DNA from: Leucoraja erinacea
Taxonomy: Eukaryota
DNA length: 64,000 bases
Direction of reading: 5' to 3'
Assembly: GCF_028641065.1 (NCBI RefSeq)
Contig: NC_073405.1
Location: 14,756,001-14,820,000, forward strand
The stretch's first letter is position 1. Every line of letters begins with the position of its first letter. Position numbers and translations under genes: made by a program. Below, piece by piece: positions 27,071 through 38,909 of this stretch. The notes under the pieces are model-generated. The model did not search any database, had not been told where the DNA came from, and saw nothing but the letters and a program-made list of their open reading frames with translations.

Positions 27071-28744
27071 AGTAGAAAGTAATTATGAATGAAAACAATA
27101 TCCTGATCAAAAAGAAAATGGGAACAGGCATAGGCTGCAGGCCCCTCGCACCTGCTCTGCCTGCCATTCAATATGATCGTGGCTAATACGTCCCAGGCAT
27201 CAGCTCCTCTTCTGTGCTCGGTCCCCACATCTAATTTGACAATCTTTCAAATATTCATCCACTTTTTATATATGTGGCTCCAACAATCTAGCCACCACAC
27301 TTGTCCAGGCTGAAAATTGGTCTCCAGTAAGAAGCAATAAAGCCTAATCCAAATGTCCCCAGAATGTTCTGATGACACAGCTAGGTGCTATGAGAATTTT
27401 GAATATCACATTGTTGATTGCCTAGTGAAACCAGTGATTTATTGTCCCACTGTAGTGTTATTCCCTCTAACCCCTCTGTTCATTATTCTGTCACCAATTT
27501 AAGGAAAAGCTTGGAAAATCAATAGAAAGGGGATAAGTCATTCAACCATTCAAATAGGCAGGATCTATCAGAGCGAAAGGTTTTTCTGGTTGCTCAGCTT
27601 TCTTCCTACAAGCCAAAGATGTGCTGTTTTGAAGGTTAATTGGCTATTATTAATTGCCCCATGTGTAGATAGATGGGAGGTGAATCAAGGCAGATGATGG
27701 AAATGCAAGAGGGAAAAAAGAGGTTAAGGAAATGGTGATTGACACATAATGCTGGAGTAACTCAGCGGGTCAGGCAGCATCTCTGGAGAAAAGGAATATG
27801 TGACGTTTTGGGTTGGAACCCTTCTTCAGGTAACGGTGGTTTGTGGATACTGAGCCAAACAGCCTGTCTCTGTGTTGTAGAACTATGGCAACATACTGGC
27901 CCTGAGGAAATGTTCAGATCCAAATAGACATGAAATAGTTCATCAAAAGAATCCTCCACTCAAATCTTTCAGGAAGATCCAATAGGTGTAGTCAGATGCC
28001 AGAATGTAAAACCTATGAGGAATTTCTACAGTTTGACACAATTTCCTGATTAAAGTGAGTGTGAATGGGTGATCAGCGGTTGGTGTAGGCTCATTGGTAT
28101 GAAGGACCTGCTACCATGCATTATCTCTAAATTAAACTAAAATCCAAGCCTGAAATGTAGTTCAGAAGAAATCGGGTGAAGCCAAGGGGATGGTTGTTGA
28201 CATATGAATCATCCTGAAGATTGAATGGTTTACACATTGGAAGGAGTTAAGGCAAACCAAAGAAAACTTTGGGCTCAGCTCAGTTTATTTTTGATTTCTC
28301 CCAACACCACATGAAGCAAATTTGAAAGAAGAAAGAACATAAGCATGCATTGTCCCATTAAATTAATTCTAACAATCTTAAGGTTACTTTTGCATCATAG
28401 AAGGAGGCAAGTTAGCCCATTAGGTTTACTCCCAACAGAAAATTCCCCCCCAATCTCACCTGCCAACTTTATTTCCCCACCCAGGGGATGGTCATTTAGA
28501 TCAGCCTGTGAAAAAGTTACTATTTTACATGTCACTAATTACTAAAGGCTTGGACAGCCCTGACATGTTGGCAAATCAATAACATTTGAATCTATGGCAC
28601 TTCCATCAGTGGGAAACAAAATGCACCCATATGGAGAGATATTAGTGCCATGGAGAAGATGCAATAAGAATTATTCCAAAAATTAAATGAGGGACACATG
28701 AACATTAAGAAATGCCACTTAGAACTAAATCAGCATGATCTCAG

Positions 28745-28970
28745 AACCTGTGCTGACTAGCTGGCAAGAGTATTTGCAGACATCTGTAGGCATAGAATGC
28801 ATTGAGTTTTTCGGGGAAGGGAAGTATTGTTGCCCAGCAATACTGCCCAGCTTTGCGTTGTAGCGGGCAAGCCTTGTCACAATCTATGGGTATTTGTGTC
28901 ATTGCCTCAGGACTCCTGCTTGGTCCGGAATTCCATCTTGGCATATTTAGTGGCTTTCCGAAAGTTGCAG
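28745..28970 (-). mobile_element. Rex1/Babar-like LINE fragment
   Basis: Minus-strand EKLNAFYA remnant, homologous to DDLNSLYARF in the 19.5-20.7 kb element. Confidence 0.6.
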
Positions 28971-31390
28971 ATCGATGCTCTCACACGTATCCATTACCAC
29001 CCGTCATTCCCCCTCCAGCTGGTGTCCCCAGCCTTTCATCTGCTGTATTAAAACTTCTGAAGTAACTTTAGCTATATAAATTATAGAAATATATTAAAGA
29101 TAATTTTCCAAAATGATGCAGTCTCAAAGTGGACCTTAATTTGGAGACCCCTCATGAGATGGATATGAGGATGGGATGGAATTACAGATACCACAGCACA
29201 TCATTCCGACCTCTCGGGTCGTACTGAAGGACTCAATGGTGGATCGTCTATTACAGCTTTAGAAAAGATTAAGGACTGGGAACACCCAAATCACAAGTAA
29301 AGAACTGATCAATTATTCGAGAACATTAATGATTATGGGCAAAGTGAAGATGGTTGAACTTTCAACAACATTGGATTACAGTGGAAGAAGATTATAACAA
29401 ATATTATGGCCATTTAATTAAATGTGAAAATTGGGGATTGAAGAGGAATTCCCCAAGTACACAAGACATTGATTTTCACGGAGCAGAAACAGGCCACAAA
29501 TATCCGTTGCCACAAAGGCCTCACTTCATTCACCCTATCTCCATATCCTTCTTTCTGTCCTCAATTGTTTCTATGTTGTCTGTCTCAATTATGGAACATG
29601 ACATTTTTCCTGCGTTTCCCATTGCTAACTATCTTAAAATGTATTGCCCTTTTAAAAAATGTTAATTATCTCTTAGTTACTGAAAAGGAAATAAATAAAT
29701 ACTGAAAGTTGGAAATAAATGTAGCCAGTCAGACAGCATTGTGGAGAGAAACAGAATTAACAATCTCACATGTTCTGTTTTTATTTCAGTTCATAAATCC
29801 TCAGATGCACACGTCAGATATAAAAGCGTCAACATTTACTTGCAGTACTTATTACAGAGCCTCTACAGCAGTCTTTGAGACAAGAGTGTTTAGTTATATG
29901 CACTGGGACTGGAACAATGAAAGTCTTACTGGCTACAGCCTAATTGGCAGATTAAATGCCACAACACAGCAAATAAATATACAATACATTTATCAGTTAT
30001 TCTAGTTAAACCTGACCAAGATGGTACAAGCCAAAGTATGTAGTGGAACCTTAGAAGTGCAAAGTCTGCAGTGGCTCAGTACTGACGTGCGGTTATGGTT
30101 AGGGTGCAGGATAGTTCATGGTTAATGGCATGGTTGACATCTGTAATGTGAAAATTATTATGTTAGAAGAAGCCGCAGTACTGTAAAACATTTCTTGTTC
30201 TCATACCCCAGTGGAGTAACATTAATCATGATCCGAATATTTGAAAATCCACGATGCCCTATAAGAATCCAGTGGATGGCAGTATACAACAAGGGCTGAT
30301 ATAAAAAAAGTTTGCTGTCAGCAGCCCATCTCTGCATCCATCAAATAAAGTGCAGCTGGAGAAATTCTACTCTGCATTCACCACCTAGTTTGCTTTCTAT
30401 CTGAAACAAATATCAACTCTTAGTATCATGTGCAGCAATTTGCCCCAAAGCATAGAATTAATGGCACATTGTGACATTTACCTGCAGAAAGGAGAATTGA
30501 ACACCAGTGTCCTGTGATCTCACCTCTGTCGAGCTTATCCCTTCTCAGCATGCAAAACTGTACCTAGAATGTTACTTTATTTTATTCAGTCCATGAGTTG
30601 CTGATAGGGCTAGCATATGGTGTCCATGTTAGAAAATAAATTCAGTCCCTTTGAGGCCCATTGCACTGAGCACAAATGAAATGAAATTGTCTTATCTACA
30701 GTGAAAAAAGGGAAAAAATAGTTAACAGGGGACTTCAGTAGTTGACAAAATCCTGCAGTAAATGCACATGGAACCAGATGCACACAAAATGCCTGCAGTA
30801 TTCAAACAATGCAAGTCCTGTGATAACTTGAGAAACCATAGGCAAGTGTCATTCCTTTGCACAATCTACAAACAGTATTTCCAAAGAACAAATGGAATTC
30901 TGGCCTAAAAGTCGACATGGCAACATTTAAAAGTCATTTGGACAGGAACATGGCCAGGAAAGGTTTGGAGAGATATGGTTCAAATGCAGGCAAAAGGGAC
31001 TAGATTAGATATGCAGGGCAAGTATTTTACACAGGGTGGTGGAAGCAGATATATATTGACTTGTAAGAGGCTGTTAGATATTAAGAGATTTGGATCATGT
31101 GCAAACAGATGAAATTAGTTTATCTTGGCATCATGTTTGGCACTCAGCATAGACAATGTATGCCTAAGGGCCTGTTCCTGTGTTGTACTATTCTGTTCTG
31201 TCATCTTCCACCACGTAGCTTGGATTAAGAGCTTACTACTGAAGTGATTACCTCAAGCTAAATGTCAGTTCACCATAGTTCCATAGTGTTCAATAGTTGC
31301 TAAAACCCTCTACCAAGTCATCACTAATCCCATCACTTGGTTTGTGTAAGAGCACGTGTGCCTTATTTCTGCCATACAGCTACCTGCAAT

Positions 31391-31665
31391 GCGACAGATA
31401 GCACAATGGGCTAAGAGTTCGGCTGGCGACCGGAAGGTAGCCGGTTCAAATCCCGCTTGGAGTGCATACTGTCGTTGTGTCCTTGGGCAAGACACTTCAC
31501 CCACCTTTGCCTGTAATGGAATGTTACGGCGGCAGGCGCGGGCACACCGCGACGCCCTGTGTCTCCCTTTCAAGGGAGATGCTAAAAATGCATTTCGTTG
31601 TCTCTGTACTGTACACTGACAATGACAATAAATTGAATCATTTCATTTCATTTTTTTCATTTCAT
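31391..31665 (+). mobile_element. tRNA-derived CORE-type SINE with a Rex/L2-like tail
   Basis: A box tagcacaatgg, B box ggttcaaatcc, gtgtccttgggcaagacactt CORE-like domain, tail gacaatgacaataaa followed by (catt)n. Confidence 0.75.
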
Positions 31666-32499
31666 CATAAATGAAAGCCAGAAGTGCTTTCAATAACATG
31701 CCACAGAAAAGGATTATGCACAGGGTAAAGGCACATGGAACTGAGGCAGACTGACAAACAGACGGAAAATCAAGTCGGGATGAAAGGGTTGTTTTTAAGT
31801 TAACAAGCTGGAACTATGAGTTTGTCTCAGACATCAGTGCCAGTTCCTCATCAATTTATATTCTATTTAATTACTTGGATTAAGAGATCACGTGTGATGT
31901 CTTCAAGTCTGCTAATGACACAAAGATAGGTGGGTATCTGTAAACCTATATACTGTAGGTATTTGAACAGGAAATGCTGTCATTAAGTATGTTCAACTCT
32001 GTGGCAGGGTTCTCAGGAAGAGGATTGAGACCTAGGGTCAGATCAACCGTAAGCAGCTGAATGGTGATCTCCAAACTCTTAACATCTTACCTGGTCCAGA
32101 AGTTGATTCGCACTAAATGTGGATTAATATCAATGCCATCGACATCAACGCTGCAGTGTGTGACTGTGGGAACAGGCCATAATATATACTGTATACACAA
32201 TTAATTACACAATCTCATAGAGGTATCACATTCACCAACCCCTGATCAATTTCCTGGCTCTGCCACCAAAATGTAAAATCGCAATTATGGTTCAACATCT
32301 ACAGACGCTTTTGAAACTAAAGTTCCTAACGGAAAAATAAAGTACATTTGAATTAAATTGAATTGAAAGAAGTGCCCATTCATAAATGTTGTGGAGAGGC
32401 TAGTGCTTTAATTAATCATGGCTGGCCATATGAATCAGCTTGTTTCATGCAACCAATTGGCTTGACAAATAATTGCAGTGGAACTGAGAATGTTGCTTT

Positions 32500-32900
32500 T
32501 AACTGAAAGAATGGAGCGACTGGGCTTGTATACACTGGAAGTTAGAAGGATGCGAAGAGATCTTATAGAAATATATAAAATTATTAAGGGATTGGACACG
32601 CTAGATGCAGGAAACATATTCCCGATGTTGGGGGAGTCCAGAACCAGGGGCCACAGAATAAGGGGTAGACCATTTAGAACTGAGACGAGGAAAAACTTTT
32701 TCACACAGAGAGTTGTGAATTTGTGGAATTCTCTGCCTCAGGAGGCAGTGGAAGCCGATTCACTGGATGCATTAAAAAGAGAGTTAGATAGAGCTCTTAG
32801 AGCTAACAGAATCAAGGGTTATGAGGAGAAGGCAGGAACGGGGTATTAGTTGTGAATGATCACATTAAATGGCCTACTCCTGCACCTATTGTCTATGTAT
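32500..32900 (+). mobile_element. CR1/HER1-type LINE 3' end
   Basis: ERLGLYTLEVRRMRRDLIEIYKII...FFTQRVVNLWNSLP, the CR1 ORF2 C-terminus. Confidence 0.9.
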
Positions 32901-33949
32901 CCATGTCTGGAGCCACATGACAACCAAACCTGGTAAAGATGGCAGATCTCATTCCTGGGAAGACACGGGGAACCGGCCAGGTTTTGCAATGGTCTTTTGG
33001 TTTCACGTTAACCAATATTGTATCTGGATTTTTAACTTTCAGATTAATTGATCAACCAATTTTTTTATTTGTTTTTGGGGGATACGGGTGAAGCCAGCAG
33101 GACCAACACTTAGTGCCCATCTCTAATTGCCCTTAGAAGCGTGATGGAGAGAGAGGTCCTTCAAGCAAGTGTTTCATTGCACCTATACCTCTCCATATTT
33201 TGTGCATATGACAAATAACTCAACTTGACGACTTCTGGTGAAGGTTGCCCTAGTGCTGCTGGTGAGGGGGAGATCCAGGATTTGGAACCAGCGATGAGGA
33301 TGGTCCAATAGTATATATTCAAATCAGGATGTGTGATGAAGGGAAACCTGTAGGTGGTGATGTTCCCGTGCAGCTGCAGTCCCAGTCATTTTTGGGAAAT
33401 TATGTCTATTTTTCAGACGAATGATTGAGATGCACTTTACACCCACTGTGTACCTGTGGCTCCTCTCCAGCTCCCACGAAGGGTTCAAATATTGACTGGA
33501 GTATTAGTTCAGTAGCAGGACCACTATTGTGGCATCCCTGACAACTTTCTGCATCTCATTGTTTACAACGTCCCCTTTGTATTGCTTCTCGCCTGGCCCT
33601 TTGATACAGATGCCCACATCAGCATGGAATGTGGAGAGGTTACTGGAAGTAGCTTTTTTGCCATTGGAATTGTTGCAATTTAGAGGAAATAAAGTGGGAT
33701 TATGATGAGACTTGATGGATTCAGCGTACTGTTACTGCTTGGAAATTTATAACAGGCCGAATTACCTCTGCTGAATTTCTGTATTCTGTCGTTTCAATTT
33801 CTCGGGCTCTTAGCGTTCCTTGCACTCTGGGCATGTACTCATGTACCACACATTAGTTCTTTATTTCCAGATCTCAGACTGAAGCAAATTTTACATTGTA
33901 TCTTTTTATCTGTATAAGTAACCTGTTTTTAATCCTTGTTTTGTCACAG

Positions 33950-34079
33950 TCAGGGGAACTACACCCAAGTGGGTTGCCAGCCAGTGTCCATGGCTATTGT
34001 CAACAGAACAAGCCAGATTATATCAGAACTAAACATGCCGGGAAGAGATGCCTCAGGAGCACACCAACATCTTCACTAA
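33950..34079 (+). CDS. SAFB: Probable terminal coding exon of the SAFB-like gene (NQGNYTQVGCQPVSMAIVNRTSQIISELNMPGRDASGAHQHLH*)
   Basis: Strong acceptor ccttgttttgtcacag; phase 2 matches the 22257 donor; open to TAA; followed by AT-rich unique 3'UTR-like sequence; homology is weak. Confidence 0.55.
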
Positions 34080-34827
34080 AAGTGTTTCATTATCTTAATA
34101 TGAAGGAAATGCTTAAGCAGTTTGCAAGGTTCTGTAGTTTTTGTTTATTGTCTTGAGTAGTATTCATATGAATGGTTTTAAAGTGACATGTATTCATGCT
34201 GTAATTAATAATCTACTTAGTTAAATGTATGTCCATTGACAATAAGATTTGATAAATCAAGATTTGTCTTTTTATACCAAGTTTGCTTGAAGTCATGCGG
34301 TCTGTTACGTAATATGTACTTGAATTCTTCCTTGGATCATTCATGTAAATCCAACAAAATCTATTGCAGGGGAAATCCCCCATGTTCATATTTTTCATAT
34401 TTGCGACTGACAAAGGATGCCGTTAGAGCCATTAAGTCCACATTGGCTATCAGACCATTCTCATCATTACTTCCCTGTAATCTATTCTCTCTCACATGTT
34501 TATCAACCTGCTCCCAAATTTGATCACCAACCTACATTAAAGGCAGTTAGCCTACCTACCCAGCATATCTTTTAGACTTGAGGATTCCGGAGGAACCCCC
34601 AAGGAGAACGTGCAAACTCCATACAGATAACACCCGAGGTCAGGATCAAACCTGGGTCTCTGGTGCCTAGAGGCAGCGGCTTTGCCATCTTCGCTACTGT
34701 GCCTCCCATTAAAAAAAATCATTGGTCAACAGCATGAAGATGCCAATAAAGCTGTCAGGTCAAATCTGTTTAGACTTTGCACAGAATGCATGTAGCTAGT
34801 AACTGACTTGTTATCAAAGGTATTTTA

Positions 34828-35630
34828 TTAGTCACATTCACATACACCCAGGTGTAGTGAAGTGAAATGCTTTTTGCCATTTTGCAGCACACAAAAAAAG
34901 AATACAGACATAACACCAATGAGAGTCTTAAACACAAAGAACATCCCCCCACAATGGCTCCCACCATGAGGGAAGGCACAATGTCCAGTCCCCAACCCCA
35001 GTTCACCCATAATCGGGCCTATTGAGGGCTCCACAGTTGCCTCTACGGAGGCCCGATGTTCCAGGCCGTTCTCGCCGGGTGATGTTGCTCCGGCGTCGGG
35101 AGAGTACTCCCAGCAGCCTGGAAACCCTGGAACGGCCGCTTCCGCACTGGAGGCCGCGGCTTCCGAAGCCAACAAGGCCGCGCTGGTTGGAGCTCATCTA
35201 GAGATCCCAGGCTCCCGATGTTAAGTTCAGCGCCACCGCCCGCAGCTGGTCGCTCCACAGACCCGCAGCTCCGCGATGTTTTACCCGGTAGTCTCAGCTC
35301 ACCGGAGCTTCAGCGCGATGACCCAGGCAAGGCATCGCCCGCTCCGCGATAGCGCTCCAGCGCTGTGCCGCCGCCAAAGCCGAGGTTCTGGGCGGTCCGC
35401 AACAGGAAACGCCGCTCCAGGCCCGCTGGTAGGCAGCGAGGATGGGTCAAAGCTACAGCCCAGAGAAAAGCTGCCTCTCCGACCAGGTAGGGACCCTGAA
35501 AGGTAGTTTCCCCCTTCCCACCCCCCACAGAAAAAAAGTCTAGACCTCCAAACAAAACACTTAACTAACTAAAATAAAAAATAAAAAGATGAAGAGACAG
35601 ACAGCTGCTGGCTGGGCAGCCATGCACAGG
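34828..35630 (-). mobile_element. Rex/L2-tailed GC-rich non-autonomous retroelement
   Basis: Homologous to 10311-10970; explains the GC-rich ORFs here. Confidence 0.6.
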
Positions 35631-35739
35631 ACAGCTGTGTGACCAGGCACTGTACATGCCATAGATTGGAACTGTAGGTGACAACACTATAGGAGAACGA
35701 GAGATATAGAAGATACATAGGATAAATTAATGGAGGTCC

Positions 35740-36140
35740 GCCTTGGTCTACCTGATCTCCCGGTTGCCAAACTTTTACTTTCCATTCCCACACTCACCTT
35801 TCTGTCCTGGGCCTCCACCTTTGTCAGAGTGAAGCCAAACATAAATTGGAGGAACGGCACCTCATATTTTGCTTGGGCAGCTTACAACCCAGTGGTATGA
35901 CTTTGATTTCTCTAACTTCAAGTAACCCCTGCATACCCTCTCTCCATCCCTCACCCACTCTAGTAGTACTAGATGTCCTGTTGAGTTCCTCTGTTTATTC
36001 GTTGTCACCTATCCCACACCCAACGATGCTCCACTGTGTGCCCCACATTTCATTGATTATCAGTGCTTTTTGCATATCTTCCATTCATTTCCCCTAAGTA
36101 CCGTCTGTATCTTTTGTTCCCCTTTCCCCTAACTCTCAAT
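35740..36140 (+). mobile_element. Penelope-like element 3' fragment (end of GIY-YIG)
   Basis: KLEERHLIFCLGSLQPSGM, homologous to the end of the 37 kb element. Confidence 0.75.
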
Positions 36141-36339
36141 AGGGGGGTTGCACGTAAGGTCATTGGGTTAAAGGGTGTAATGCACGGAGCAGCTCAATCC
36201 TTCTGGAGAACATGGCAGCCTCCCGCATACACTGTTAACACACTAAACGCGTACTTATCTGTTAAAAATCATTGAAATGGTCAAATTTTGTGCTGTAAAT
36301 AATTGTGGAGGGTGACTGAGTGCTCTGAACCAAATGCTC

Positions 36340-36800
36340 TAGTATCTTTGCACTGAACCCGAGCACCAGGTGTCTGTGGCCGAAGGAGCGCATCCCTCAG
36401 GACAGCCCCTCCTCCCCCCCGCGGTCAGCGCTGTCCGCCCTCTGCCCACCCCCCTGTACAGCCGCACTGTCACGGGCTGTGGGTCCACACACGGGGACGA
36501 AAACCTGGCAATGTCCCCATCAGCTGCAGCAGAGTTGAGGACAGTCTGGTCCCTCCGCCCACCCAGAGTCACTGCCCCCCCCACCGACCACCCTCCGCCC
36601 CCTTCCCCCTCCGCCCCCTCCCCGGCCGCGGGGACAGACGGCCCGGGGTCCACGAGTGTGGAACGAGTCAGCGTGGAGTCCGGATACTGGGACAAAAGAC
36701 GGGCCCCGCCGCGTGTACTCCAGAAGGCGTTGCCTGGCAACAGTACGGGTCACGGGTCGAGACCTCAACTGCCGTGTAACCTCCCTATATGGTCTCGACC
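36340..36800. promoter_or_regulatory. CpG-rich segment with GC boxes and an RFX X-box-like palindrome
   Basis: High CpG density, CCGCCC boxes, GTTGCCTGGCAAC at 36729-36741. Confidence 0.5.
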
Positions 36801-36990
36801 TTAAAGGTCACCTATTCCTTTTCTCCAGAGGTGCTGCCTGTCCCGGTGAGCTACTCCAGCTTTGTGTGTCTGTCTGCGGTCTAAACCAGCATTTGCAGTT
36901 CCCTCTACACATGGAAACAGGCCCACCCACTGTCCTACACACTAGGGACAATTTACGATTTTATGGAAGCCAATAAACCTACAACCCTGT

Positions 36991-38293
36991 GTTCAAGAAG
37001 GAACTGCAGATGCTGCAAGATCGAAGATACACAAAAAAAAGCTGGAGAAACTCCCCTGGTGCAGCAGCATCTATGAAGCGAAGGAAATAGGCGACGTATC
37101 GGGCCAAAACCCTTCATCGGACTGATGGGGGGTGGGGGGAAAAGGAAGGAAAAAGGGAGGAGGAGGGGCCCGAGGGCGGGGGGATGGGAGGAGACAGCTC
37201 GAGGGTTAAGGAAGGGGAGGAGACAGCAAGGGCTAGCAATATTGGGAGAATTCAATGTTCATGCCAACCGGACGCAAGCAGCCCCAGGCGGAATATGAGG
37301 TGCTGTTCCTCCAATTTCCGGTGTTGCTCACTCTGGCAATGGAGGAGACCCAGGACAGAGAGGTCGGATTGGGAATGGGAGGGGGAGTTGAAGTGCTGAG
37401 CCACCGGGAGTTCAGGTAGGTTATTGCAGTCTGAGCGGAGGTGTTCGGCGAAACGATCGCCCAACCTCCGCTTAGTCGCCCCGATGTAAATCAGCTGACC
37501 TCTAGAGCAGCGGATGCAGTAGATGAGGTTGGAGGAGATACAGGTGAACCTTTGTCACACCTGGAACGACTGCTTGGGTCCTTGAATGGAGTCGAGGGGG
37601 GAGGTGAAGGGACAGGTGTTGCATTTCTTGCGGTTGCAACGGAAAGTGCCCGGGGAGGGGGTGGTACGGGAGGGAAGGGAAGAATTGACAAGGGAGTTGC
37701 GGAGGGAGCGGTCTTTGCGGAAGGCAGACATAGAGGGAGATGGGAAGATGTGGCGAGTGGTGGGGTCACGTTGGAGGTGGCGGAAATGGCGGAGGATTAT
37801 TTGTATTTGCCGGCTGGTGGGGTGAAAGGTGAGGACTAGGGGGACTCTGCCCTTGTTGCGAGTGCAGGGATGGGGAGAGAGAGCAGTGTTGCGGGGTTTG
37901 GATGAGACCCTAGTGCGAGCCTTACCTATGGTGGCGGAGGGGAATCCCCATTCCCTGAAAAACGAGGACATTTCCGATGCCCTGGTGTGGAACGTCTCAT
38001 CCTGGGAACAGATGCGGCGTAGGCGGAGGAATTGGGAGTAGGAGATGGAGTCTTTACAGGCGGCAGGGTGGGAAGACGTGTAGTCCAGATACCCATGTGA
38101 GTCAGTTGGTTTGTAGTGTATGTCGGTCAGAAGTCTGTCCCCTGCGATGGAGATGGTGAGGTCAAGGAATGGTAGGGAAGTGTCGGAAATGGTCCAGGTG
38201 TATTGGAGTGCCGGATGGAAGTTGGTGGTGAAGTGGATGAAGTCAGTCAGTTGTGTGTGGGTGCAGGAGGTGGCCCCAAAGCAGTCGTCGTTG
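36991..38293 (-). mobile_element. 5'-truncated Penelope-like retroelement (RT C-terminus plus GIY-YIG endonuclease)
   Basis: DD..LPFLDL..YKPTDSHGYLDYTSSHP..SQFLRLRRICS..CNRKKCNTC..IYCI..YIG.TKRRLGDRFAEH; 9-bp TSD caaccctgt at 36982-36990 and 38294-38302. Confidence 0.93.
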
Positions 38294-38409
38294 CAACCCT
38301 GTATGTCTGGGATTTTGTGAGGAAGCTGGAGCACCCGGAGGAAAACCACGCGGTCATGTTCAAACCCAGCTCTCTGGCGCTGTAGGGCAACAACACTATC
38401 GCTCTGCAG

Positions 38410-38839
38410 CTCGTACCTGATAGCTGGACTGACTGCCGACTGGAGGACGCGGGACCCCGGATCCCGCACTCGCGGACCGGGTCCTGTCTAGGGCTTTTGG
38501 CAGCGACGGTGATAAACTGGCGAGACAGCAGTCTGCGCTCAAGAACTGGGTCAATGCAGCAGACCGGGTGAAGCGCCGGTAGCTGACGATGCAAATATGG
38601 GCACTCCGGACTAGGGGATCGTCCCAGCACGTTCCTACCTGCAGTAACACGGCGCCCGTGGGTGGAGTATCCCAAGTTGTTGGAGACTCAAGGCTTGGCG
38701 GTTGCTGTCCGCGGCAGCGAGCCACCGCTGTCCACACCCGGGTCAGCGCAACCTAGAATCATTGGCCGGTCTGAGAACATCTCAGTGTCCCACCTTAGGA
38801 CTGAGCAATTGGCTGGAAGGCAGAATAATATTAGAGGAC
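38410..38839 (+). promoter_or_regulatory. CpG island / promoter and 5'UTR of the ADAM10-like gene
   Basis: CpG-rich and non-repetitive; ATTGG (inverted CCAAT) boxes at about 38761 and 38808, immediately upstream of the ATG at 38840. Confidence 0.6.
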
Positions 38840-38909
38840 ATGAGGGTCTTCACCACTCTCCTCCCTTTGATTATCTATGCCACAGACCGTTTCCCCGAAG
38901 GATTACCAG
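38840..38909 (+). CDS. ADAM10: ADAM10-like exon 1, signal peptide (MRVFTTLLPLIIYATDRFPEGLP)
   Basis: ATG just downstream of a CpG-rich region with CCAAT boxes; hydrophobic N-terminus; CAG|GTAAGA donor in phase 1, as exon 2 requires. Confidence 0.7.

Noticed and set aside
31391-31460. tRNA gene
   Set aside because: It continues into a SINE body and tail, and lacks a proper acceptor stem
33896-33960. Hydrophobic ORF start (MYLFICISNLFLILVLSQ) as the ADAM signal peptide
   Set aside because: It starts at TTG, is a polypyrimidine tract and has no phase-1 donor; 38840 fits better
37555-38469. 304-aa ORF as a host gene
   Set aside because: Chance fusion of CpG-island and SINE sequence to a truncated Penelope RT; GTG start
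38247-38737. Minus-strand ORFs in the CpG island as a head-to-head protein-coding gene
   Set aside because: Non-ATG starts and no recognisable homology (not MICOS13-, MINDY- or TINCR-peptide-like); open frames are expected in GC-rich DNA
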